The translations under genes were made by a program, and so were the position numbers. The notes under the pieces are model-generated. The model ran no database searches and had not been told where the DNA came from. It saw only the letters and a program-made list of their open reading frames with translations. From NCBI GenBank assembly GCA_963677925.2, contig CAXXYH010000004.1, positions 2,304,001 to 2,368,000 on the forward strand: a stretch of DNA of 64,000 nucleotides, written 5' to 3'. This DNA comes from Spirochaetia bacterium (lineage in GTDB: Bacteria; Spirochaetota; Spirochaetia; UBA9216). How positions within the stretch are numbered: position 1 is the stretch's first letter; every line of letters starts with the position of its first letter. Positions 20,164-29,836 of this stretch are shown here, one piece after another.

Positions 20164-21601
20164 CAGGGAGAGTATAAATGAATACGGTTTCGGTGATCTC
20201 ATTCTTATGGAGAATGCCGGAATAAAAATCCTTGAAGAATCCCTGAAGCTTCCTCAATTCACTCAAAATATTCCTGTAATCAGTATAGCCGGCAGCGGTA
20301 ATAACGGCGGGGATGCACTGGTAATTGCAAGGCATATCTTTTCTGAAAGACCAAACCCTGTAACTGTAATTTTAAAATCCGCCTCCGGAAGTCCTGCATT
20401 TGAGAAGCAGTATCAGATATGCATAAAACTCGGAATTGAAATTGTTGAATATCCTTCAGAGCAGGCAGATGCTCTGCTGTCGGAAAACTGTATAATCTTT
20501 GACGGACTGACCGGTACGGGGCTTAAGAGCGCTCTCCGCGAACCTGCGGCAGGTCTCTGCGGCAGGATCAATTCGTCACCGGGGACCGTTATTGCAATTG
20601 ATATTCCCTCCGGTATAGGTGAGGGATACTGCAGCTCATGGCCGGCAGTTAAAGCAGATCTTACAGTAACAGTCGGGCTGCCGAAACGTGCTCTCTATCT
20701 TCCTGTCTGCAGGACTTTCTGCGGAGAAATAAGAAGCGTCCAGATTGGTTTTCCTGAACAGGTAATTAATTCTGATATTCCCGATGAGGATGGTCTTCAT
20801 ATAAGCCTTTCTGATGAAAAAGATATTGAACGCCTGATGCCGGTGCTTAAGGCAGACTCATACAAGAACAGCAGGGGCCATCTTGCTGTTTTGGGCGGTT
20901 CTGAGGGAACTCTTGGTGCCGCCTCTCTATGTGCAGAAGCTGCCGCCAGAACCTCAGCAGGACTTGTGAGTCTTTTCATCGATGAACAGTATTACTCTGT
21001 GCTGGCTGCAAAGCATAACTCAGTCATGGTAAAAGTTCTCGATTCTGAAACTGCAGCGGATAGGGTGGCCTCATCGGCGGCCTCAGCTGTTGGTCCGGGC
21101 TGGGGGACGGGCGATGAACGCAAAAAACTGCTATTAGAGCTGCTTGGCATCGGCAGAGGCGTTCTGGATGCCGATGCTATTACAATACTGGCGAAGCTGA
21201 AAAAATCAGGTGAAAAGCTGCCTGACCTTGGAAATCGCTGGGTGCTGACTCCGCATCAGGGCGAATTCAAACGCTTGTTTCCGGAACTCAATCCGGAGTA
21301 TACATACGCCTCGGTTTCCGCTGCCGCCGCCGAACTGAACGCTGTTGTTCTGCTCAAGGGCCATGTGAGCATGATTGCATCGCCTGATGGAAGGATAACC
21401 GTGATAGACGGACTATTCCCGCAGCTAGGCACTGCCGGCAGCGGTGATCTTCTCTGCGGTATTATAGGAGGTTACTGCGCCTCGGGTATGAACTGCTATG
21501 ATGCAGCGGTACTCGGGGTTCTCGTACACCTGAGGGCAGGAAAACGCTGTGCCGCTGAGCACGAATGGTTCCCGGCTGATATGATTTTACAGTATATATA
21601 A
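20126..21601 (+). CDS. nnr: Bifunctional NAD(P)H-hydrate epimerase/dehydratase
   Basis: LMENAG, GSGNNGGD, DIPSG, VLDADA, VLTPHQGE, AGSGDLL. Confidence 0.93.
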   Translation: MKIVSSSRMQEIDRESINEYGFGDLILMENAGIKILEESLKLPQFTQNIPVISIAGSGNNGGDALVIARHIFSERPNPVTVILKSASGSPAFEKQYQICIKLGIEIVEYPSEQADALLSENCIIFDGLTGTGLKSALREPAAGLCGRINSSPGTVIAIDIPSGIGEGYCSSWPAVKADLTVTVGLPKRALYLPVCRTFCGEIRSVQIGFPEQVINSDIPDEDGLHISLSDEKDIERLMPVLKADSYKNSRGHLAVLGGSEGTLGAASLCAEAAARTSAGLVSLFIDEQYYSVLAAKHNSVMVKVLDSETAADRVASSAASAVGPGWGTGDERKKLLLELLGIGRGVLDADAITILAKLKKSGEKLPDLGNRWVLTPHQGEFKRLFPELNPEYTYASVSAAAAELNAVVLLKGHVSMIASPDGRITVIDGLFPQLGTAGSGDLLCGIIGGYCASGMNCYDAAVLGVLVHLRAGKRCAAEHEWFPADMILQYI

Positions 21602-21614
21602 GAGGAGTTTTATT

Positions 21615-22154
21615 ATGCCGTCAGAAAAAGGCCGAATGCCTGAAAGCCATACACCCGGTGAATTTCATTACCACTACGATCGTGAAAAAAGAGAACAGAT
21701 GCTTTCAGAGGAGACAAAGAAAGTTCTTAAGAAAGGCAAATTTCTTACTCTGAACAGGCGTAATCTTATTATCCTTGCGGATATTGGAATTATTATCCTT
21801 TTTACCATGATTTTTGTTCCTTTCAGCATGAACGGTAAAAAGAATGCAAGCTTTGACGGCGGGTACAGGGCTGTTTTTAAAGCAAGTGAATTCGACAGCC
21901 GTGCTCTTTTGAGTGTCAAAATCAGTTCAGAATCGGATATTGAAAGTCAGGACTCCATGGTCCGGGTTCTTTTTTCTATGGAAGGGCAGGATATGACTGT
22001 TGAGCAGCTTGATTTACTGCCTGTTTCTGCTGATGAACCGAGATATCTCAGGGCCGAATTCCCAATTGAGGGAGCCGACCGTATTAAGGTATTCGCAGAA
22101 GTTGAAATTGATGGAAAGTCCAGAAAACTCTCTTCTGCTGTAAGGGTTCAGTAG
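21615..22154 (+). CDS. Hypothetical single-TM protein
   Basis: 179 aa, GAGGAG SD, one TM helix. Confidence 0.65.
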   Translation: MPSEKGRMPESHTPGEFHYHYDREKREQMLSEETKKVLKKGKFLTLNRRNLIILADIGIIILFTMIFVPFSMNGKKNASFDGGYRAVFKASEFDSRALLSVKISSESDIESQDSMVRVLFSMEGQDMTVEQLDLLPVSADEPRYLRAEFPIEGADRIKVFAEVEIDGKSRKLSSAVRVQ

Positions 22155-22290
22155 CCAGCGAACGGGATAATCAACCCAAAATCCGGATATAATCGATACC
22201 CTTAATTTATTCCTGATTAATTGAGTTGACCAGAGACAGTGTTTAAGATAATCTTTTATATATACCATCTTTAAACGGAGAAAGAGGACT

Positions 22291-22692
22291 ATGGTTCAAA
22301 TTTATTTTCTGTCGATCTTACTGAATCTTCTTGGCGGTTTCGGACTTGCTTCCGAAACAATGGTTGAACGTATCAGCGGTCTGAGAATTTTTTCAGATTT
22401 CTTTGAAGGCAGAACTACCTTGAAGATAACCGTTGGTATACTTTCATTTATTGTCGGCATACTGAAACTTCTGTCTTCGATGGATGTTCCGGTAGCCGGA
22501 GACCTGCTTCCAGCTCTGGGCAATATAGCTGTGGGGTTCGCCCTTGTTCTCGATTACTATAAAGATCGCTCTGAATCCACCAGCAGTGAGAAGTTAAACG
22601 ATTTTTTTGCCAGAAACAGCTCTTTTATAGGAATAGCTGCCGTACTCTTCGGTGTTCTGCATTTCTTTATACCAAGGGTGCTTCTTCTGTAA
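22291..22692 (+). CDS. Hypothetical 4-TM membrane protein
   Basis: 133 aa hydrophobic ORF, SD GAGGA, upstream TTGACC-17-TAATCT. Confidence 0.7.
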   Translation: MVQIYFLSILLNLLGGFGLASETMVERISGLRIFSDFFEGRTTLKITVGILSFIVGILKLLSSMDVPVAGDLLPALGNIAVGFALVLDYYKDRSESTSSEKLNDFFARNSSFIGIAAVLFGVLHFFIPRVLLL

Positions 22693-22705
22693 TTTGGACT
22701 CTTAC

Positions 22706-23086
22706 ATGAAATACTCTGTAGCCGGCGTAGCTGAACGCAATGGAAAATTTTTTATCGCACTTAGAAATCCAGGGACAAGTATAGGCGAGAGCTGGGAATT
22801 CCCGGGAGGCAAAATGGAGGAGGGGGAAAGTCATGAACAGGCCCTTATCCGTGAATACCGGGAGGAATTGGGAACCGATATTACTGTCGGAAGTTTCCTC
22901 TGCGAGGGCGATTTCTCAAACGGGGTATCTGAATACCATCTGGTCGCTTATAAAATAAAATTAAACGATGACAATATTGCACTGACCGAGCATCAGAAGG
23001 TTATGTGGGCGTCACTTGAACAGATGGAATCTCTCGATTTCCCTTTTTCCGATAAAATAATCATCGATTATCTTCTTTCAAGATAA
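22706..23086 (+). CDS. NUDIX hydrolase (MutT-like)
   Basis: Nudix box WEFPGGKMEEGESHEQALIREYREELG; start at MKYSVA. Confidence 0.9.
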   Translation: MKYSVAGVAERNGKFFIALRNPGTSIGESWEFPGGKMEEGESHEQALIREYREELGTDITVGSFLCEGDFSNGVSEYHLVAYKIKLNDDNIALTEHQKVMWASLEQMESLDFPFSDKIIIDYLLSR

Positions 23087-23988
23087 CTTATACGGTAATC
23101 ATTCCTTAATATAAACCCATTCTTCTCATAGAGTCTCACTGCCGGAGTGTTAGAGGGTTTTACAAATAATGTAAGATTCTTTTTCTTCATCGCTGAGAAT
23201 TCTGCTATCTTTCGCAGGACAGCAGACGAAACCCCCAGGGAGCGGTATTCAGGCATTGTAAAAACCCCTCCAAGCTGGTTCCAGTTTAATCCTGAAGCAT
23301 TTACACAGCATGTAGCAACAGGCCTGTTCTGATAAATACCGTAAAGTACTGTTTTTGTCTTTATTGTATCAAGAAATCTTATTCGGCATGCAGTTTCGTT
23401 AAAGGTAGACGGATCTAAAAGTACCTCTTCAATCTCATAATCTTTGCGCAGCGGCATCAGTAAATCAATATCAGAAGAAACAGCTGTTTTAATTATTATA
23501 TCCTGAAGCGGCAGTTCCCTGTTTCTTAGCTGAGGCAGAGCAGCAATCAGCGCGGAATCTGCAGTAAGCAGCTTATAATCAACAGAATGTGAATTTCTTC
23601 CTGTAAAAAGTTGAGTAAGCAGTCTGACCGATGAGAGTTCACCCATCAGTGTAAGATACTTCTTTCTGATGTTTTTACTTCCCTGAAGTACATTGGTCAG
23701 CTGACCGGATTCAGGGATAGTTCCTTCCGGAAAGAGAGGCACTATTATACTGTCATTTCCGGCAAATACTGCAGCCAGTGCTTGTGAATTACTGTAATAA
23801 ATAAATATCTCGGCATTCTTAAGTTCTCCTGCTGACGGTTTTCCTGCCAGGCTAATCCTTGATGTCATCGGTACACAGAAATGTTCATAGGGTGCAATAA
23901 AATGCAGAAAGGAGTTATAGCCGGCTTTTGAGAGTTTTTTCCAGCCGCTGATATTTTCATTCTTTTTGAAAGTGAATATTTCCTGCAA
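23068..23988 (-). CDS. GNAT family acetyltransferase
   Basis: GGVFTMPEYRSLGVS, NTPAVRLYEKNGF. Confidence 0.85.
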   Translation of the reverse strand: MQEIFTFKKNENISGWKKLSKAGYNSFLHFIAPYEHFCVPMTSRISLAGKPSAGELKNAEIFIYYSNSQALAAVFAGNDSIIVPLFPEGTIPESGQLTNVLQGSKNIRKKYLTLMGELSSVRLLTQLFTGRNSHSVDYKLLTADSALIAALPQLRNRELPLQDIIIKTAVSSDIDLLMPLRKDYEIEEVLLDPSTFNETACRIRFLDTIKTKTVLYGIYQNRPVATCCVNASGLNWNQLGGVFTMPEYRSLGVSSAVLRKIAEFSAMKKKNLTLFVKPSNTPAVRLYEKNGFILRNDYRISYLERR

Positions 23989-25674
23989 TCAATTTTCTCC
24001 GTATGCATTCAGATTGAGCGGCAGATTTCCCTCAGGCTGAATTGTCCCTGTAAGCGCCGCAAAGCCGGCATCAATAGATTCACGGCTTATTCCATAAACT
24101 GCGATAGCCTTATCCACCCAGGGCAGTTCCCGGAGATACACAGGTGTAAGAACTGAAAAAACTGCAATCTCAGCCTTGCTGCTTTCAAGTTCCTTAAGTA
24201 CCTGAAAACTGTTGGGGTTGGCAAGACAGAAAATTACCGTATCATAATTGTCTGCTTTTTTCTTGATAGAGTTTCTTATTGAGGCTTCGGAAGTATAAAA
24301 AGGTGAATAATCGAAGCGGAAGGTATCAGCATCTGGATAAGCTTTTTTTCCCGAGGTAAAAAACCTGTCCAGCTGCCCGGCAAGTAGAATCTTTCTATTC
24401 TCTCCGTCTACAGTACTGTTCTTGTATATTTCTGTTACTGCACGGTATGCCTGGTCAGTAAAAAAATCCTTACCCTCATGATTAGGTATGTTATCAAGGA
24501 CATGATCGGGATCCGGAAATAGCGGTATAGAGCCCTCATCCTTAAGGTAGGCTAATTTTGTCGTGAGAATACGCTCTGCCGATGCCCTGACGGTATTGCG
24601 GAAATCCTCACTTCTCTTCATTTCTTTAATAAGGTAATCCCATACCTTCTGATGTATCTCGGGGGTACGTGATACAAGAATGATATCATTACCGGCCTCA
24701 ATTGCTGTTTTACAGATTTCAGGAGTATTCATTGAAAGCAGCTGCACCCCGTTCATCATAAGGTCATCTGTTACAACCAGGCCTTCAAAATTAAGTCTTT
24801 CCCGCAGAATATCATTAAGAAACAGGGGGGAAAGGCTTGCAGGTATTTCAGAACCGGTAATTTCGGGAAAAGCCAGATGCCCGGACATTATTGCAGGGAT
24901 ATTTTCTCTGACGAGGTAGCGGTAGGGAAGAAGATCCCTTTCCCACATGGTTTCAAAATTGATATTTATTATAGGAAGCGCTCCGTGCGAATCCTTGTCG
25001 GCATCACCATGACCGGGATAGTGTTTGGCTGTGCATATGACGCCTGCTGAATCCATTCCTTTAAAATAGGCAGTAGAAAGTACTGCGGTCAGAAGTGCAT
25101 CCTGGCTGAATGCTCTTGGTCCTATGACATGGGCTTCCGCATTGGAATAAACATCAACGGTAGGGGCAAAATTCATATTTATACCAAGCTCACGAAGCTC
25201 CATACCTATGTAATAACCTGTTTTAAAAGCATCATCCGGAATTCTGCTGGCGCCCAGAGCCATATTTCCTGGAGTTTCTGAGGTTTCAGCCCTCACGTGC
25301 CGAACCCATCCTCCTTCCTGATCCGTGACAATAAAAAGCGGAATTTGAAGTTCTGTTTTACGGGCTGTCTGCTGCATCTCCCTTATACTTCCGGCAAGAG
25401 TTTCAAGATCTGCAACATTCCATCCGAAAATCTTTACTCCGCCTATCTCACGGTTTTCAATCCAGTCAAGGATGTCGGAAGAGGGAGTGCCTCCCATATA
25501 CCCCAGAAGCATCATTTGTCCAAGCAGCTGTTCGTCAGTCATTGATTCAATAAGACGGCTTTGAAGTTCATCCTTATCTGTGTTGGTCCAGAAATCTATT
25601 GCTGAAACAGGAGTGTAAGCTGAAAACAGGGTTAGAAGTAAAAGTAGATAAAAAGTACATTTTTGCTGTAACAT
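23989..25674 (-). CDS. nagZ: GH3 beta-N-acetylhexosaminidase (exported)
   Basis: DQEGGWV, KHYPGHGDADKDSH, VTDDLMMNG; N-terminal signal peptide. Confidence 0.85.
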   Translation of the reverse strand: MLQQKCTFYLLLLLTLFSAYTPVSAIDFWTNTDKDELQSRLIESMTDEQLLGQMMLLGYMGGTPSSDILDWIENREIGGVKIFGWNVADLETLAGSIREMQQTARKTELQIPLFIVTDQEGGWVRHVRAETSETPGNMALGASRIPDDAFKTGYYIGMELRELGINMNFAPTVDVYSNAEAHVIGPRAFSQDALLTAVLSTAYFKGMDSAGVICTAKHYPGHGDADKDSHGALPIININFETMWERDLLPYRYLVRENIPAIMSGHLAFPEITGSEIPASLSPLFLNDILRERLNFEGLVVTDDLMMNGVQLLSMNTPEICKTAIEAGNDIILVSRTPEIHQKVWDYLIKEMKRSEDFRNTVRASAERILTTKLAYLKDEGSIPLFPDPDHVLDNIPNHEGKDFFTDQAYRAVTEIYKNSTVDGENRKILLAGQLDRFFTSGKKAYPDADTFRFDYSPFYTSEASIRNSIKKKADNYDTVIFCLANPNSFQVLKELESSKAEIAVFSVLTPVYLRELPWVDKAIAVYGISRESIDAGFAALTGTIQPEGNLPLNLNAYGEN

Positions 25675-25801
25675 AGGCTTCGATATTTATACACCAGAAG
25701 ACGTTGATCAGCAAGAGTTTTGACTGGTTACGGATTACTGAGTATATTGTCAGATAAATATCAGGCAAACTGAAAAATATTAAAGGAATATAATAAAGAA
25801 A

Positions 25802-26257
25802 ATGCTGTTTGTATTTGATCTTGATTTTACTTTATGGGATTGCGGAGGCACATGGTGTGACTGTACTGATCCTCCCTTTCGTGTTAAAAATGACTCTGTT
25901 CTGGACAGCTGTGAAAGACATATTTCCTTATACCCTGATGTCCGGTCTATTCTGGAAACTCTTACTGATGCAGGACATCATCTTGCTGCGGCTTCCCGAA
26001 CTCATGAACCTGCCTGGGCAGGGCAGCTTCTGAGGCTTCTGGAAGTTGAATCGTTTTTTAAATACCTGGAAATATTCCCCGGACCGAAGCTTCCGCATTT
26101 CAGGAACCTGAAGAAGAGAAGCGGGTTTGCCTATGAGCAGATGGTGTTCTTTGATGACGAGCAGCGAAATATTGATGATGTTAGTATGCTTGGAGTGCAG
26201 GCTGTCTATGTCGAAAGGGGCGTTCACTGGACTGATGTCGACCCCTTTCTAAAATAA
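25802..26257 (+). CDS. Magnesium-dependent phosphatase-1 (HAD IIIC)
   Basis: FDLDFTLW, AASRT, MVFFDDEQRNI. Confidence 0.88.
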   Translation: MLFVFDLDFTLWDCGGTWCDCTDPPFRVKNDSVLDSCERHISLYPDVRSILETLTDAGHHLAAASRTHEPAWAGQLLRLLEVESFFKYLEIFPGPKLPHFRNLKKRSGFAYEQMVFFDDEQRNIDDVSMLGVQAVYVERGVHWTDVDPFLK

Positions 26258-26263
26258 TGTATT

Positions 26264-27487
26264 TTATAGTGAATCCTCGGTTATAACATCAAAGGTTATT
26301 CCGAGCTTTGCCGCCTCATCGATAAAAAACTTTCTTGCATCTGCATCAAGCGCCTCAGGTGCTATCAGGCCCTTCGTTTCTATCACATCGTTCACAAGCA
26401 TCTTGGTAAAGATAAAGGCGCTCTGACCCGTAAGGTAAGATTCGTGACTGATTCCTGCTTTTTCAAATGATTCAATCAGACCCGGCGTATTCACATAGAC
26501 CGTCTTTCTAAGCGGATTACCTGATTTCGTTCCTTCGACAATTATCTGAAAAGCACCTTCTTCGGTAATCAGTCCTTCATTAATAATATCTGCTATCTCA
26601 TCCTTGTATTTTGGAGCCTGAGGTGTCTGGCTGATAATCAGATCAAAGGGGATGTATTCTGTAATTCCGGAGGTGCGTTTCTCTTTTGAAAGGAAGCCCA
26701 TATTATACAACGTTTCAGATACTTCAACATGCGGGCCTCCGTATCTGAACAGAATATTCTTTGCTCCTTTCAGATATTTTTCAGCATTCAGACCCATAGT
26801 TATCGGTTCTTCATGGTTATGATCAACCATCCGAATTTCCTTCCCGACTCCCGGAAACTTCATCATAACCGGATTCCCGAATTGACTGGTGAAGACATGC
26901 CTGCCATTTTCAAATCGGATAGGGACTTCCGCCATGTCGCTGAAGGCTACCTCCGGTGACCACCAGAATGGAATAAACCTTTTTGACCAGACCCCTTCAT
27001 AAACATTTATTTCTATGCTGTTTACGCTGTCGAAATACTCAGCAGTCTCGCGGCATATAACATTTGCAAGTCCGGGTGCAGAGCCTGTGTTCGTGAGTGC
27101 GAGGCAGCCGGCTTCTGCAAACTTTGCATTCATTTCGGTGAACATATAACGGGTGGACTCAACAGCATCAAGTCCGGTTATTTCGGTCATGCAGAGATCC
27201 TGATAATCTATTCCGCATTTTAGAGCTGCTTCCATTACAGTCAGGTTAAAATCAATAGGCAGCCCGTTGAGTACTATATCTGCTCCGGCAAACAGTTTTT
27301 CCAGTTCCGCGGCTGATTTAGCGTTAATCTGAACCGCAGAAGCTTTCTCCAGTCCCTCAGCTGCGGCTTCAGAGGCCTTCAGGCTGTAGTCAGCACATGT
27401 AATTGATTCAACATTTTCTTCATTATTCAGAAGTCTGGCTGCTGCTGTTCCCTGAGCGCCTGAGCCCAGGACTATTACCTTTTTCAT
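26264..27487 (-). CDS. Saccharopine dehydrogenase-like NAD(P)-dependent oxidoreductase
   Basis: GSGAQG Rossmann motif, GSAPGLANV, HEEP. Confidence 0.8.
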   Translation of the reverse strand: MKKVIVLGSGAQGTAAARLLNNEENVESITCADYSLKASEAAAEGLEKASAVQINAKSAAELEKLFAGADIVLNGLPIDFNLTVMEAALKCGIDYQDLCMTEITGLDAVESTRYMFTEMNAKFAEAGCLALTNTGSAPGLANVICRETAEYFDSVNSIEINVYEGVWSKRFIPFWWSPEVAFSDMAEVPIRFENGRHVFTSQFGNPVMMKFPGVGKEIRMVDHNHEEPITMGLNAEKYLKGAKNILFRYGGPHVEVSETLYNMGFLSKEKRTSGITEYIPFDLIISQTPQAPKYKDEIADIINEGLITEEGAFQIIVEGTKSGNPLRKTVYVNTPGLIESFEKAGISHESYLTGQSAFIFTKMLVNDVIETKGLIAPEALDADARKFFIDEAAKLGITFDVITEDSL

Positions 27488-27657
27488 ATAATTCCCTCTG
27501 CATATCTTGTTTCATCTGATTATATCTGCCTGAAGCTTGCAGATAATCTTCATCTGAAGTATAATAACAACGAATATAGATTATAGTCAATGTTTATTAT
27601 ATGTAAAACATAAATATAATGATGTTAAAAATACGAATATAGTAGAAGGGGTGCAGG

Positions 27658-28128
27658 GTGGGGCCTGAGATCGATGAAATAGATTCAAAAATAATATGCT
27701 TTCTGCAGAAAGACGGTCGGATGGCTTATACCAGGATTGCAGAAGAGATAGGTATTGCCGAAGCGACTGTGAGAACACGTGCCCAGCGGATGATGAAGGA
27801 CGGCGTTATTGAGATAGTCGCAGTATGTGATCCCGTGAAGGTTGGTTTTGCTATGGCCGGCAATATGAAGCTGTATATTGAATCGCGCAAACTCGATGAA
27901 ATAGTTGAAAGTCTCAGAAAGATGCGGAATATTACCTATGTCGCTGTAATGATAGGTGATTCAAATATAGACTGTGATTTTATTGCCGAATCACTTGAAG
28001 ACCTTCATCAGCTCGTTTATGAGAAAATTGCAAAAATTGATGGTGTTCAAAAAATCGATACAGCTATTGTAAGCGGATATAAGAAAGAGATTTATGATTA
28101 CGGAACCTGCTTTCATCGTCCTTCTTAG
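27658..28128 (+). CDS. Lrp/AsnC family transcriptional regulator
   Basis: IDSKIICFLQKDGRMAYTRIAEEIGIAEATVRTR HTH. Confidence 0.92.
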   Translation: MGPEIDEIDSKIICFLQKDGRMAYTRIAEEIGIAEATVRTRAQRMMKDGVIEIVAVCDPVKVGFAMAGNMKLYIESRKLDEIVESLRKMRNITYVAVMIGDSNIDCDFIAESLEDLHQLVYEKIAKIDGVQKIDTAIVSGYKKEIYDYGTCFHRPS

Positions 28129-28136
28129 ATAGCTAT

Positions 28137-28178
28137 AAAAAAATCCCCGAAGCGGTCAGAGCCGCACGGGGATTTTTT
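28137..28178. terminator. Bidirectional intrinsic terminator between lrp and ilvC
   Basis: A-run TCCCCG...CGGGGA T-run. Confidence 0.85.
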
Positions 28179-28222
28179 ATTCTTCACGCATGTTAAGAAC
28201 ACGCGTAGAGATTCTTTTAAAA

Positions 28223-29686
28223 TTAAAGTGCCTTCATTGCAGTCATGTAACCGCGGAGAGTTCTTCCGATTACTTCTACCGGATGATTTCTGATTGCATC
28301 GTTAACCCTGATCAGCTCAACATTGTCTACTTCATTTTCGCCTGCGGCGTAGGTCTTTCCGATAACATCGGTTGAAACCTTCTTCATGAAGTCTCCAAGC
28401 AGCGGAACACAGTCGTTTGCAAAGAGGTAGCATCCGTATTCTGCTGTGTCTGAAATAACCTTGTTCATTTCATAGAGTTTCTTTCTGCTTATAAGGTTGG
28501 CAATAAGAGGTGTTTCATGAAGTGATTCATAATAAGCAGATTCAGCTTTGATACCTGAGTTCGTCATTGTTTCAAAAGCAAGCTCAACACCTGCCTTGAT
28601 CATTGCAACCATCAGTACACCATTGTCAAAGTATTCCTGTTCACTGATATCCATTGTACCTGCAGGAGTCTGCTCGAATGCGCTTGCACCTGTTTCTTCT
28701 CTCCAGGTAAGAAGGTTCTTGTCGTCATTAGCCCAGTCAGCCATCATTGTTGAAGAGAATTCACCGCTGATGATGTCATCCATATGCTTTGTATACAGTT
28801 CAGACATGATCTCCTTGAGCTCAAGAGAGAGCTGGTGAGCCTTGATTTTTGCAGGATTTGAAAGACGGTCCATCATATTGGTGATTCCGCCCTGCTTCAT
28901 TGCTTCTGTAACTGTTTCCCAGCCGTACTGGATAAGTTTTGAAGCATATGCTTTGTCAATTCCGTCGGCGACCATCTTGTCAAAGCAGAGAAGGCTTCCG
29001 GTCTGAAGCATGCCGCAGAGAATGGTCTGCTCTCCCATAAGGTCTGATTTTACTTCTGCAACGAAAGATGAACCAAGTACACCTGCTCTGTCGCCGCCGG
29101 TACCGCAGCAGTATGCCTTGGCAATCTCAATACCGTCTCCGTTGGGGTCGTTTTCAGGATGAACGGCAATCAGGGTAGGTACACCGAATCCTCTCTTGTA
29201 TTCCTCACGAACTTCGGATCCCGGTGATTTTGGTGCGATCATGATTACAGTGATGTCCTCTCTGATCTGCATTCCCTCTTCAACGATGTTGAAACCGTGT
29301 GAGTAGGAGAGGGTTGCTCCCTTTTTCATAAGAGGCATTATCTTTCCAACAACATTTGAGTGCTGTTTATCCGGAGTAAGGTTTGCAACCAGGTCAGCCT
29401 GGGGAATCATTTCTTCATGTGTTCCAACTGCAAAGCCGTTTTCACTTGCATTGAGGTATGACTGTCTTTTCTGTTCAATTGCCTCTTTTCTGAGGGCGTA
29501 TGAAACATCAAGACCGCTGTCTCTAAGATTAAGTCCCTGATTAAGACCCTGGGCCCCGCATCCTACGATTACAATCTTTTTACCTTTCAGTTTTTCTACG
29601 CCTGAGAAGACTGATTTATCAAGAAAATCACAGGTTCCCAGCTGTCGAATCTGCTCTCGCAGTGGAATCGAGTTAAAATAATTCAT
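28223..29686 (-). CDS. ilvC: Ketol-acid reductoisomerase, long (class II) form
   Basis: [32 protein letters not shown], duplicated C-terminal domain, 487 aa. Confidence 0.97.
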   Translation of the reverse strand: MNYFNSIPLREQIRQLGTCDFLDKSVFSGVEKLKGKKIVIVGCGAQGLNQGLNLRDSGLDVSYALRKEAIEQKRQSYLNASENGFAVGTHEEMIPQADLVANLTPDKQHSNVVGKIMPLMKKGATLSYSHGFNIVEEGMQIREDITVIMIAPKSPGSEVREEYKRGFGVPTLIAVHPENDPNGDGIEIAKAYCCGTGGDRAGVLGSSFVAEVKSDLMGEQTILCGMLQTGSLLCFDKMVADGIDKAYASKLIQYGWETVTEAMKQGGITNMMDRLSNPAKIKAHQLSLELKEIMSELYTKHMDDIISGEFSSTMMADWANDDKNLLTWREETGASAFEQTPAGTMDISEQEYFDNGVLMVAMIKAGVELAFETMTNSGIKAESAYYESLHETPLIANLISRKKLYEMNKVISDTAEYGCYLFANDCVPLLGDFMKKVSTDVIGKTYAAGENEVDNVELIRVNDAIRNHPVEVIGRTLRGYMTAMKAL

Positions 29687-29715
29687 ATATTTATCCTTAT
29701 AATATTGTTAGATGA

Positions 29716-29744
29716 AGAATAACTCTTGTATCTGTCATTGTCAA
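29716..29744 (-). promoter_or_regulatory. sigma70 promoter of ilvC
   Basis: TTGACA-17nt-TATTCT. Confidence 0.7.
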
Positions 29745-29746
29745 CC

Positions 29747-29792
29747 TTGCAAATATTGCAAATATATACATTTATAATTGCGTAAAACGCAA
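29747..29792. promoter_or_regulatory. Tandem LysR (IlvY-like) operators
   Basis: TTGCAA-ATA-TTGCAA (29747-29761) and TTGCGT-AAA-ACGCAA (29778-29792), 31 bp apart, next to the ilvC -35. Confidence 0.65.
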
Positions 29793-29836
29793 ATACAGGT
29801 GTAGAAAAAAAATCACAATAGATTTAGAATCAAGCC

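Noticed and set aside
19504-20202. 232-aa minus-strand ORF
   Set aside because: Antisense shadow of the lipoprotein and nnr genes
22171-22199. TCAA...ATCGATAC sigma28-like motif
   Set aside because: 17-nt spacer and a weak -10; a good sigma70 promoter lies just downstream
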